This document shows, piece by piece, positions 25,177 through 33,772 of a DNA stretch of 64,000 nt (the first letter of the stretch is position 1; each line of letters begins with the position of its first letter). This DNA is from Candidatus Magasanikiibacteriota bacterium. Lineage in GTDB: Bacteria; Patescibacteriota; Patescibacteriia; Magasanikbacterales; UBA922. A program made the translations under genes and the position numbers. The notes under the pieces were generated by a model. That model was not told the origin of the DNA and did not search any database. It was given only the letters and a program-made list of their open reading frames with translations. The stretch is from assembly GCA_043825135.1 (NCBI GenBank), contig JBDRSF010000015.1, positions 1,559 to 65,558 on the forward strand. Direction: 5' to 3'.

Positions 25177-27573
25177 ATGGCTATCAACGAACTAAAAAAA
25201 TATCAAGAAGATGCGATTGAGAAAATCATTGTTAAAACCAAGGATATTCTTAAGCTTAGCGAGACACTTAGTTGCGATGAAAAGGTTATAATTTTCAAGG
25301 CTCCGACGGGAAGTGGAAAAACTTTTACAATGGCGGAATATATCTACCAACTTATAAAAGATTTTGAAGACAAAAGAGAGTCGGAGATGTGTTTCCTTTG
25401 GATTAGTATTGGTAAGGGAGAATTACATAAACAAAGTTATCGGGCAATAAAGAAAATTTTTGGTCCTTTTCCAAGCGTATGTTTGTTGGAGGAAAAATAT
25501 TTCGGTTCGCGAAGAACGATTGAAGATAACAATGTAGTTGTGATTAATTGGGAAAAATTAAGAGCCAAAGATAATCAAACAGGAGAATGGAAAAATATTT
25601 TAATGAAAGACAAGGAGACGGTTAATTTTAGGGAATTGATAGCTAACACTAAAAAAAGCGGTTCAAAAATAATAATGATTATTGACGAAAGTCATTCCGG
25701 AGCGACAAGTGAAAGAGCGATTGAGATTCGTGAAATTATTGACGCTGATTTAACGATAGAAATGAGTGCGACACCTGTTTTGATTGAGGGCAAACATGAT
25801 AGTCGGTTAGTTGAAGTGCCCGCAAGCGAAGTGATTGATCAAGGAATGATAAAAAAAGAAATTATTGTAAATGAAAATATAGATGAGATTGCCGATGATG
25901 ATATAACTTCGCAGGATTTAGTTTTGGAGGCTAGTTATCAAAAAAGATTAGAACTCGCAAAAATGTATAAGAAAGAAAATGCAGACGTTAATCCATTGGT
26001 TTTAATTCAAATTCCGACAGGAGAACAGGGGAATGAAAAAAGAAAAAGAATTGAGAAATTTTTAGCTGAAAAGGACATAGCGTTGGATAATGGAAAGTTG
26101 GCAGTATGGTTGAGCGAAGAAAAAGTAAATTTAGAAGTTTTGGAAAATAATGTTAGTGAGGTGGAATTTTTAATCTTTAAACAAGCCATTGATACTGGCT
26201 GGGATTGTCCTCGAGCACAAATTTTGGTGAAATTTAGGGAATCTCATAGCGAAACTTTTGAATTGCAAACAGTTGGGAGAATTTTAAGAATGGCTGAAGC
26301 TAAACATTATGAAAATGATAATTTGAATAAAGCATTTATTTATACAAATATCAATCCTGATAATCTTGGTTTTAAAGGGGGAGATCTGACAATTAAAAAT
26401 GCTATAAAATCAATTCCAATGAAACGTTGGGATATATATAAGAATTTAAAATTGCGGTCTTATTATCGTAATAGGGTTGATTTTGGAGATTTGACGCTTA
26501 ATTTTCCCGAAACATTAGAAGATGTTTTTTGCGATAAATTTGAAATAGAAAAAAATAAATTTGATTTTAATTTTGCCGAAAAAAATAAGAAAAAACTAGG
26601 CAAAATAATCAACCTTGATGGTTTAGAAAAAAAGGAAGAAATAATCCTAAATAATAAAATTGATGCTAAATTATTTGATGGGTTGGATATGGAAGATATG
26701 ATCGCGAGTGATAATTTTCAGGCATATTTATCCGAAGACGACAAGGACGCGCTTTTTGAAAATTTATTTAAAAGAAATCTTAATGGTTTTGCCTACAAAA
26801 GATCAATTTCTATTTTTATGGGAGCAGTATTTAGTTGGTTTAAAAAATATTTGGGCATAACTAGGGCTGATTATGGAATAATTTATATTCAAAATATTAT
26901 ATTAAATAATATTGGTGTGTTTGATATATTGCTTGAAGATTCAGTTATTAGATATAAGCCAGTAAAGGATAAAGAAATAGAAAAGAAAATTAAAGAAATA
27001 GAACAATGGGATGAAGGTTGGGAAGTTGTGGAAAGTAGGAATTTTAATCCGGAGACCCACAAGCCTTTTAAGTATATTTTGTCGTTATACAAGAGACCTG
27101 TTGAAAATAGAGCCTATCTTAATTTTGATAGCGAGATTGAAAAAGAATTTATTGATTTTCTTGAAGAGCATAAAGAAAAGATTTTATGGTGGTGGCAGAA
27201 TGGCAACGAACACATGGCTTTGAATTTTGGCATTAAATATAATGGAGGATCAACTTTTCAGCCGGATTTTTTGGTAATGTTTAAGAATGGTAAGCTCGGC
27301 GTATTTGATACAAAAGCGAGTGGGCAGAGAGAAGATGAAAACAAATTAAAAGCAGAAGCGTTGCAGAAATATATTAAAGAAGAAAACAAAAGAAAGAAAA
27401 AAGAAATTATTTTTGGTGGGTTGGTGATTAAAGAGGGTGAACATTTTAGAATCAACAGTGATGAAAAATATATACCATTTAAATTATCAACAGAAGCTAG
27501 AGAAAAAAAGGCAAAATATAAAACAAGTTCTGTCTCTGCAAAGCAAGAAGGATGGAAGTATTTTGAATTGTAA
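25177..27573 (+). CDS. res: Type III restriction enzyme Res subunit (helicase plus endonuclease)
   Basis: Walker A APTGSGKTFT, DEAH-like MIIDESHSG, helicase motif VI QTVGRILR; C-terminal PD-(D/E)xK-like FQPDFLVMFKNGKLGVFDTKASG. Confidence 0.85.
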   Translation: MAINELKKYQEDAIEKIIVKTKDILKLSETLSCDEKVIIFKAPTGSGKTFTMAEYIYQLIKDFEDKRESEMCFLWISIGKGELHKQSYRAIKKIFGPFPSVCLLEEKYFGSRRTIEDNNVVVINWEKLRAKDNQTGEWKNILMKDKETVNFRELIANTKKSGSKIIMIIDESHSGATSERAIEIREIIDADLTIEMSATPVLIEGKHDSRLVEVPASEVIDQGMIKKEIIVNENIDEIADDDITSQDLVLEASYQKRLELAKMYKKENADVNPLVLIQIPTGEQGNEKRKRIEKFLAEKDIALDNGKLAVWLSEEKVNLEVLENNVSEVEFLIFKQAIDTGWDCPRAQILVKFRESHSETFELQTVGRILRMAEAKHYENDNLNKAFIYTNINPDNLGFKGGDLTIKNAIKSIPMKRWDIYKNLKLRSYYRNRVDFGDLTLNFPETLEDVFCDKFEIEKNKFDFNFAEKNKKKLGKIINLDGLEKKEEIILNNKIDAKLFDGLDMEDMIASDNFQAYLSEDDKDALFENLFKRNLNGFAYKRSISIFMGAVFSWFKKYLGITRADYGIIYIQNIILNNIGVFDILLEDSVIRYKPVKDKEIEKKIKEIEQWDEGWEVVESRNFNPETHKPFKYILSLYKRPVENRAYLNFDSEIEKEFIDFLEEHKEKILWWWQNGNEHMALNFGIKYNGGSTFQPDFLVMFKNGKLGVFDTKASGQREDENKLKAEALQKYIKEENKRKKKEIIFGGLVIKEGEHFRINSDEKYIPFKLSTEAREKKAKYKTSSVSAKQEGWKYFEL

Positions 27574-27604
27574 AATAATCATACTATTTTCAATACATCA
27601 TATT

Positions 27605-28213
27605 ATGTCGAACATATATCAATTCAAAATCACCCTTCAAGATAGTAAGCCACCAATTTGGCGACGGATTCAGGTATCGGAGAACTATACATTCTGGGAT
27701 TTGCATGTAGCCATAAATGAAGCCATGGGCTGGTATGATTGTCATTTGCATGCTTTTGTTAGAAGAAATCTCAAAACACTGAGAGAAGAATTGCGTATTC
27801 ATACAGATTTGGCAGACGAACCATGGGATTTGTCTGATGAAGTCAAGGAGGAAAGAGAAACGTTGATTAAAGATGTTTTAACCTTAGAAAAGCCACGGAT
27901 TAAGTATGATTATGATTTTGGAGATAGTTGGCAACATTATGTGGTGTTGGAAAAGATTTTGCCAGCAGAAAAGGGTGTAGAATATCCTAGGTGTGTGGCT
28001 GGCAAGCGGGCTTGCCCACCAGAAGATGTGGGCGCTATTTGGGGGTATTATGATTTTGTAAAGATTATGAATAATCCTCAGCATTCAGAATATAAAGAAA
28101 TGGTCGAATGGATTGGCGAAGATTCTTGGGATCCTGATGAATTTAATCCAGATGAGGTGTTTTTTGATGATCCCGAAGAAATTTGGGATGAGATGCAGAA
28201 GTCTTCTTTTTAG
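27605..28213 (+). CDS. plasmid pRiA4b ORF-3 family protein
   Basis: IYQFKITLQDSKPPIWRRIQV...FWDLHVAINEAMGWYDCHLHAF matches the pRiA4b ORF-3 domain hallmark; start at internal Met. Confidence 0.7.
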   Translation: MSNIYQFKITLQDSKPPIWRRIQVSENYTFWDLHVAINEAMGWYDCHLHAFVRRNLKTLREELRIHTDLADEPWDLSDEVKEERETLIKDVLTLEKPRIKYDYDFGDSWQHYVVLEKILPAEKGVEYPRCVAGKRACPPEDVGAIWGYYDFVKIMNNPQHSEYKEMVEWIGEDSWDPDEFNPDEVFFDDPEEIWDEMQKSSF

Positions 28214-28222
28214 ATAATCAAT

Positions 28223-28259
28223 ATCTATACATATATTTATACATGTATCTATATATAAA
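28223..28259 (+). promoter_or_regulatory. 37-bp cis element ATCTATACATATATTTATACATGTATCTATATATAAA (copy 1), ends 3 nt before the AbrB-like gene start
   Basis: Identical 37-mer recurs at 29641-29677 immediately upstream of the 29683 operon; contains dyad ATACATGTAT. Confidence 0.6.
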
Positions 28260-28262
28260 CAT

Positions 28263-28436
28263 ATGCGAAAAATAATAAATAGACAAATAAGAAAAATATT
28301 TAAATCTGGACCAAGTTATGTTATCACTTTACCAGTTGAATTAGTCCAAGAGCTCAAGTGGAAAGAAAGACAAAAATTGGAATTGGTGATTGATGAGAAG
28401 AATCAGACGATTAAAATTAGTGATTGGAAGGAATAA
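28263..28436 (+). CDS. AbrB/MazE/SpoVT-family DNA-binding protein (57 aa)
   Basis: SGPSYVITLPVELVQELKWKERQKLELVIDEKNQTIKI is a swapped-hairpin AbrB-like domain; below ORF-track cutoff; terminator 28453-28478 follows. Confidence 0.6.
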   Translation: MRKIINRQIRKIFKSGPSYVITLPVELVQELKWKERQKLELVIDEKNQTIKISDWKE

Positions 28437-28452
28437 ATTATGAAAACAGAAA

Positions 28453-28478
28453 ACAAGCCCCTCTTCGGGCTTGTTTTT
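28453..28478 (+). terminator. rho-independent terminator
   Basis: ACAAGCCCCTCTTCGGGCTTGTTTTT. Confidence 0.6.
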
Positions 28479-28485
28479 ATACTTG

Positions 28486-28560
28486 TCAATAGTAACAAGT
28501 TATTAACATATTTTTGTCAATAAACTTGACAAGTTTTTTACGCTAGTATATACTATAAGT
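28486..28560 (+). promoter_or_regulatory. promoter (TTGACA-17-TATATACT) embedded in inverted repeats CTTGTCAA/TTGACAAG
   Basis: ACTTGTCAATAGTAACAAGT ... TTGTCAATAAACTTGACAAGT; likely autoregulatory operator for the HTH antitoxin. Confidence 0.45.
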
Positions 28561-28581
28561 AGCTAAATTAACATAAATATT

Positions 28582-29301
28582 ATGTCTAAAAAACAGCTTG
28601 ACTTACGTGTTTTGCGTAAACAATTTAATATGTCGCAGGAAGATTTGGCGCGCCGACTGGGGATGTCTCGCCCTACTTTGATGAAGGTAGAAAAAGGAGA
28701 AAGAGTCCTCTCTCTTGCTGAAAGAGATAAAGTGAGAGATATTTTTGATTTGGTAAAAGATACAGAGTCAGTTGATACTAACATACGAATTAGTATTCCA
28801 CAGAAAAATTTGGATAAGTTTAAGCAGGTTTTGTTGTATATTTTAGAACGTGTTGGTAATAAACCCAATGTTGGCATGACTGTATTATATAAACTTTTGT
28901 ATTTTATTGATTTTGATTATTATGAAAAATATGAAGAACAGTTGATGGGGTTGACTTATATCAAAAATCATCATGGCCCCACACCAAAAGAATTTATTAA
29001 AGTTGTAGAGCAAATGAAACAGGTTGGTGAATTGGAAGAGATAAAAAGCAAGTATTTTACTTATGAGCAAAAAAAGTTTTTACCAGTAATGGAAAATGAT
29101 TTATCCCTTATTTCTGGTCGTGAGTTGGAACATATAGATTGGGAATTAGGGAGGCTGGCTAATTTGAGCGCTAAGCAAATATCAGATTTGTCACATATAG
29201 ATACTCCGTGGGCAGTAACTGATGATGGTGGGCAGATAGATTATGAATTTGTTTTTTACCGTCCGGAAGAAACATCAGTGAGGGAATATGAATCGCTTTG
29301 A
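28582..29301 (+). CDS. HTH (Xre)-Panacea(DUF4065/SocA-like) domain antitoxin
   Basis: N-terminal Xre-type HTH (FNMSQEDLARRLGMSRPTLMKVEKGER); C-terminal TVLYKLLYFIDFDYYEKYEEQLMGLTYIKNHHGPTPKEF matches Panacea-domain antitoxins. Confidence 0.6.
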   Translation: MSKKQLDLRVLRKQFNMSQEDLARRLGMSRPTLMKVEKGERVLSLAERDKVRDIFDLVKDTESVDTNIRISIPQKNLDKFKQVLLYILERVGNKPNVGMTVLYKLLYFIDFDYYEKYEEQLMGLTYIKNHHGPTPKEFIKVVEQMKQVGELEEIKSKYFTYEQKKFLPVMENDLSLISGRELEHIDWELGRLANLSAKQISDLSHIDTPWAVTDDGGQIDYEFVFYRPEETSVREYESL

Positions 29302-29635
29302 TTATTCTCCACAATTTAAAAAAGATTTAAAGCGTCTGACAAAAAAATACAATAGTCTTCCTAAAGATTTGCGTCGATTGGAGATTTTTCTTGAACAATA
29401 TCCTAATGGTATTGGTGCTTCATTTGCAGTTTTGCATCACCGGCCATCTGTTTGTATAATTAAAGCTCGTTTGGCTTGTGAGTCATTAAGAGCAAGGTCT
29501 TTGCGTGTTATTTATGCTTACAAAGAGAGTGAAAAAAGAATAGAATTTATTGAATTATATTTTAAGGGTGATAAATTAAGGGAGGATGAATTACGGATTA
29601 GGGACTATTTAAATGATTTAGATAATCTTAGTTAG
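29288..29635 (+). CDS. putative type II toxin, RelE/ParE-superfamily-like
   Basis: Overlaps antitoxin by 14 nt; RVIYAYKESEKRIEFIELYFKGD resembles the conserved C-terminal RelE/ParE strand; assignment tentative. Confidence 0.4.
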   Translation: MNRFDYSPQFKKDLKRLTKKYNSLPKDLRRLEIFLEQYPNGIGASFAVLHHRPSVCIIKARLACESLRARSLRVIYAYKESEKRIEFIELYFKGDKLREDELRIRDYLNDLDNLS

Positions 29636-29640
29636 AACAA

Positions 29641-29677
29641 TATCTATACATATATTTATACATGTATCTATATATAA
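29641..29677 (+). promoter_or_regulatory. 37-bp cis element (copy 2) immediately upstream of the 29683-32648 operon
   Basis: Identical to 28223-28259. Confidence 0.6.
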
Positions 29678-29682
29678 AAAAT

Positions 29683-30621
29683 ATGCAAAATACTTTAAAA
29701 AAGTTATTGGAGACAATTAAAAATGGATCCCCCACAGAAGTTAAAAGCGCCCAAAAAGAAGTGGAAAAATTTTGGCATAATGTATATATACCTGAGCGTG
29801 AGAAGGGTCGGGAGGCTTTTAAAATTTTTCTAGAAGAACTAAAGAATTTTGAAAGTATAAAAGACATTGATCATCAATGCTACTTTATCAACACTCTTAA
29901 GTGTCCACTTTATGCCATAGGTGAAGAATATTTTGGGAAGTGGGCGGATTTTTTCTTGCATTATATTCAACACCCATCTGGTAAAATTCGTCAGGCTGTT
30001 ATCAGTGCTGTGGATTATTTGTTAATGGACATAGCAGAAGGACTTGACTCGTACGACAAAAAAGTGGTATATGACAAACACAACAAAAATATGAATTATT
30101 TTTGTAATTTTGTTTGTATTGTTGAAAATTTATTAGCAAAATATGATGAGCCAAGGTTTAGGAAATTTAAATATGTTAGCAGTATGCCAGCATCGGTTTA
30201 CAAGAGTTTGCAAATATTGATAACTCAAAAATTATTTAGAAGCGAGTATTATGAAAAATTATATGAGGAATTTTTAAAAAATATATCCAATGAACAGGAC
30301 AAAAGACGTGTAAAAATTAACAAAAAAGATTTAGCTATTAAACGACGGGAGATTGAGCAAAAAATGCGGGCTGCTATAATTTATTATGAATTAGAAGATG
30401 TTTTGAGTTTTGATGAACTTAAAAGAATCGTAAAAACAGAACAAATCAATAAAGATAATAATCCAATTACCCCCATTGGGAAAAAATTATTAGACAATAT
30501 AGACAATATGGAAGAAGCACAGAAAGTGTTAAATATCATTGTTGAGATGTGGAATCATTTTCCCCATGATTATTTAAATGGTTTGTCTCCGCGTGAGATG
30601 GGTGATAAAATTTATAATTAA
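29683..30621 (+). CDS. hypothetical alpha-helical protein
   Basis: ~313 aa, start at internal ATG after the repeat (coordinate +/-1); no recognisable motif. Confidence 0.45.
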   Translation: MQNTLKKLLETIKNGSPTEVKSAQKEVEKFWHNVYIPEREKGREAFKIFLEELKNFESIKDIDHQCYFINTLKCPLYAIGEEYFGKWADFFLHYIQHPSGKIRQAVISAVDYLLMDIAEGLDSYDKKVVYDKHNKNMNYFCNFVCIVENLLAKYDEPRFRKFKYVSSMPASVYKSLQILITQKLFRSEYYEKLYEEFLKNISNEQDKRRVKINKKDLAIKRREIEQKMRAAIIYYELEDVLSFDELKRIVKTEQINKDNNPITPIGKKLLDNIDNMEEAQKVLNIIVEMWNHFPHDYLNGLSPREMGDKIYN

Positions 30622-30654
30622 AATTATGGCATGATGCTGTGGAGAAATTGTTTT

Positions 30655-31062
30655 ATGTCTATTCAGATTCCAAAAAGTGAAATAAAAATAACTTTTGCGC
30701 GGTCATCTGGTGCGGGTGGGCAAAATGTTAATAAGACTTCAACCAAAGCGATTGTACACTGGTCAGTTGGGAAGTCACAGGTTTTGACTACCGAAGAAAA
30801 AGCTCGGGTGCGATTAAAATTGGCCAATAGAATAAATAATAATGATGAGGTGGTTATATTAGCAGAAGAAGAACGATCACAACCTCAGAATCGTATATCG
30901 GCGGTTTCACGATTGCAAGCACTGGTAAAGCGCGCCTTACATATTCCAAAAAAACGCCGGCCGACTCGACCAACCAAGGCTTCTAAAATAAAACGGTTGG
31001 AATCTAAAAAAAGACAGTCTTTATTGAAAGCGGGAAGACGGAGTATTGAGAAAGTGGTATAA
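30655..31062 (+). CDS. arfB: alternative ribosome-rescue factor ArfB (peptidyl-tRNA hydrolase, GGQ)
   Basis: ITFARSSGAGGQNVNKTSTKA (GGQ motif) and basic C-terminal tail KRRPTRPTKASKIKRLESKKR. Confidence 0.8.
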   Translation: MSIQIPKSEIKITFARSSGAGGQNVNKTSTKAIVHWSVGKSQVLTTEEKARVRLKLANRINNNDEVVILAEEERSQPQNRISAVSRLQALVKRALHIPKKRRPTRPTKASKIKRLESKKRQSLLKAGRRSIEKVV

Positions 31063-31082
31063 TATAATTATTAACAATTTTT

Positions 31083-31817
31083 ATGTCTAAGCCGATTTTT
31101 GATCTTAAAAAAATAAAATTCTCCATTGATCCTGGTACTTATGAGCGAGCGGTTGATTTGTATGAAAAAAAGAAAATCAAAGAGTTTAGCGATGATGATT
31201 ATGTTGGTTATTCTGCTATTGTCCAAGGCACGCAAGCTTATGAAGTATATGTACATGCTCGTTCTTTTGATTTAGGTAATTGTGATTGTTATTTAGGTCA
31301 AAATAATAAATTGTGTAAACATATGGTGGCAGTGGCGATTTATGCAGTTATGGACGGAAAACCACTTAAAGAAGAAGATAAAAAAAATGAAACAGAAGTT
31401 TCTTGTAGCGGTAAAATAGGAGAATTAAGTAAAGAAAGACTTAAAACAGTAAAAGCTGATATTTCAGGAGCTATGCGATATATTAAGTCGTATAACGGCC
31501 CTTCGCGTCTTTGGTTTGCCTATCAAGATTCGCTGTCAGAAGGGTGTGCTCGGTTATCAGCTATAATATCTGAATTACCAGTGAGCTTGCAGACAGCTAA
31601 ATTATTGATAAATTTACTTTTACGCTTAGATAAAAAATTGTGTAATGCGGTGGATGACTCAGATGGTACAGTTGGTGGTTTTATGATGGAAGTGGTTGGT
31701 GTAATAAAAGAATATATTGAGATTGATCCGGTTTGTGCCGAGTCAATTACATTGTTGGTAGGCAAAGAAACTTGCTTTGAATGGGGTGATCCGTTGTGGA
31801 ATTTGATTGAAGAATAA
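31083..31817 (+). CDS. SWIM zinc-finger domain protein
   Basis: CDCYLGQNNKLCKHMVAV fits SWIM CxCxnCxH. Confidence 0.55.
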   Translation: MSKPIFDLKKIKFSIDPGTYERAVDLYEKKKIKEFSDDDYVGYSAIVQGTQAYEVYVHARSFDLGNCDCYLGQNNKLCKHMVAVAIYAVMDGKPLKEEDKKNETEVSCSGKIGELSKERLKTVKADISGAMRYIKSYNGPSRLWFAYQDSLSEGCARLSAIISELPVSLQTAKLLINLLLRLDKKLCNAVDDSDGTVGGFMMEVVGVIKEYIEIDPVCAESITLLVGKETCFEWGDPLWNLIEE

Positions 31818-31859
31818 TTTATGTTATAATAGACGAAATTAATTTTAATTATAAATATT

Positions 31860-32648
31860 ATGACTAAGAAAAAAACTACGAGTAAAGTATTATCTGTCAA
31901 AAAAAAGGATGTTGGGTCAAAAGTCAGTTTATTGAATGGGTCAGAGGCCATTCATACTCAATTACAGCAGTGGGCTCATACTGGCAATGAAGAATCTTTA
32001 AAAAAATTGGAAAATTTTATTGCTAAAGAAGAAAATAAAGATCTGCGTTTTTATGCTACCTTGGCTTATGGTGAGGCGCAGTATTTTTACTATGGTCCAC
32101 AAAATGAAAAGGAAGAAAGAGAATTTGAATTAGCACGCCTGATAAAAAAAGAAGATGAATATTTGTGGAAATTAATAAATGAGTCTGAGCGATTAGAATG
32201 TAAAATTGGTAAACAAAAAATAGAAGAAGCAGTCTTCAAGCGTTTACTGAAAAAACAAAATGAAAAGATGAAAACAGCTTGGCAACATCGTTATATAGGG
32301 GATGTTATGGGGTTGGAAAGACGATTACAAAAAGTAAAAGAAGATATTGAATATCAAATTGCTTGGCTAAAAGAAGCTAGGGCTATGATAACAACCAAGC
32401 GTTACCAAAACATTCCTGATGATGTTTTTGAACATATGCATACTGATTTTGGAGAAGGTGCTTGCTGGACTGATGATATGAGTTGTTGTGGTTCAAATTA
32501 CTGTGATTGCGATGATGATTGTTGTGACTGTGACGAAGAAGATTGTTGCTGTCCTCATTGTGGATCAGATGATGCAGTGGAAATAGATGATGAAATATAT
32601 CCAGTTGGTAATTATGAAGAATTTAGTATTGACGATATCCCTTTTTAA
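31860..32648 (+). CDS. hypothetical protein with acidic Cys-rich C-terminus
   Basis: C-terminus CWTDDMSCCGSNYCDCDDDCCDCDEEDCCCPHCGSDD, a metal-binding-like cluster. Confidence 0.45.
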   Translation: MTKKKTTSKVLSVKKKDVGSKVSLLNGSEAIHTQLQQWAHTGNEESLKKLENFIAKEENKDLRFYATLAYGEAQYFYYGPQNEKEEREFELARLIKKEDEYLWKLINESERLECKIGKQKIEEAVFKRLLKKQNEKMKTAWQHRYIGDVMGLERRLQKVKEDIEYQIAWLKEARAMITTKRYQNIPDDVFEHMHTDFGEGACWTDDMSCCGSNYCDCDDDCCDCDEEDCCCPHCGSDDAVEIDDEIYPVGNYEEFSIDDIPF

Positions 32649-32917
32649 AGCATTTTTATCTGTTTAAAATTAAAACAAAGTTATCCACACTAAAATTTAA
32701 TTATTAAAAATTTTGTGTTATAATATTTTTATAATTTTTTTAATTAAAATATATGACAAAAAAAGGTTGAGGTATTACTGCAATAGTTGTATTAGCAGTT
32801 TTTTTATTTATAATTTTCACCTACTCGTTTGTTTACGATCGGCTGGAATTAGTCAGCGAAGGTCTGGCCAGTCCCAAGTTTCCATTTAGTAAATATTCGC
32901 AGGAAGAATTAAATACC

Positions 32918-33262
32918 ATGTTTCCGCAGTATGTAAATGAAAACGTAGAAACAACACAGACGCCAGAACAAACTCACGCGATTTTTTTGAATAATCTAAA
33001 AGCTGGCAATATTGACGAGGCTGTGGAGTGTTGTTTTATGAAAGGGGATTGGGAAAAGATGAAAGAGGGTTTAAAAAAAGTGGAAGATCAGGGTGAATTG
33101 CAGATCATGATTAAAGATTTAGATACAGAAATTACAAAAGATTTGGATTTAGGCAATAAGGCAACATATACTTATTCGGTTGAGAGGAATGGAGAGTCAT
33201 TAGGTACGGGTATAGAATTTATAAAAAATTCAGCTGGGGTTTGGTTGATTGAGAGTTTGTAA
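32918..33262 (+). CDS. hypothetical protein; frame stays open upstream to an in-frame TGA at 32768, preceded by ATG 32753
   Basis: Upstream in-frame segment GITAIVVLAVFLFIIFTYSFVYDRLELVSEG encodes a TM helix; MTKKG-TGA-GITAIVV... Confidence 0.45.
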   Translation: MFPQYVNENVETTQTPEQTHAIFLNNLKAGNIDEAVECCFMKGDWEKMKEGLKKVEDQGELQIMIKDLDTEITKDLDLGNKATYTYSVERNGESLGTGIEFIKNSAGVWLIESL

Positions 33263-33265
33263 TTT

Positions 33266-33745
33266 GACCTCCCCTTACGAAGGGGAGGAACACCTGATTC
33301 GCATCAGGGGGAGGGGTTTTTCTATGGAAAAAATATTTAATCAGTCTAAGCACAAAGATCTAAGAAAGATATTGAGAGAAGATTGTACTAAAAGTGAAGC
33401 GGTGTTGTGGAAATATTTAAAAGGAAAACAAATGGGATATAGATTCCGTCGTCAACACGGTATAGGTAGATATATAGTAGATTTTTATTGTCCGAAATTA
33501 AAGCTGATTATAGAAGTGGATGGTTATACGCATATAGATCATGATCAATATATATACGATATGGAGAGAGAAAATTATTTGCGTAGTTTAGGTCTGGTGG
33601 TTAAGAGATATACAGGTGAACAGATTTTTAAACATATTAGGGAAGTCTATCTTGATTTGCAGAATATTTGTGAAGAGTTGAGTAAGGGTTAATGCAAAAA
33701 CCCCCTAGCCACTTCGTGTGCATTCCCCCTTGAAAAGGGGGAACC
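33266..33745. mobile_element. family D MITE-like element carrying a DUF559 endonuclease gene
   Basis: Left end GACCTCCCCTTACGAAGGGGAGGAACAC-CTGATTCGCATCAGGGGG; right end CCCCCTAGCC...GCATTCCCCCTTGAAAAGGGGGAACC; same ends as the cargo-less element at 18928-19096. Confidence 0.55.
33324..33692 (+). CDS. DUF559 (Vsr/MutH-like) endonuclease-domain protein
   Basis: RFRRQHGIGRYIVDFYCPKLKLIIEVDGYTH...RENYLRSLGLVVKRY matches the DUF559 signature; start at ATG after the terminal repeat. Confidence 0.7.
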   Translation: MEKIFNQSKHKDLRKILREDCTKSEAVLWKYLKGKQMGYRFRRQHGIGRYIVDFYCPKLKLIIEVDGYTHIDHDQYIYDMERENYLRSLGLVVKRYTGEQIFKHIREVYLDLQNICEELSKG

Positions 33746-33772
33746 AAACAAAGTTTTTTTTAAAAAAATTCT

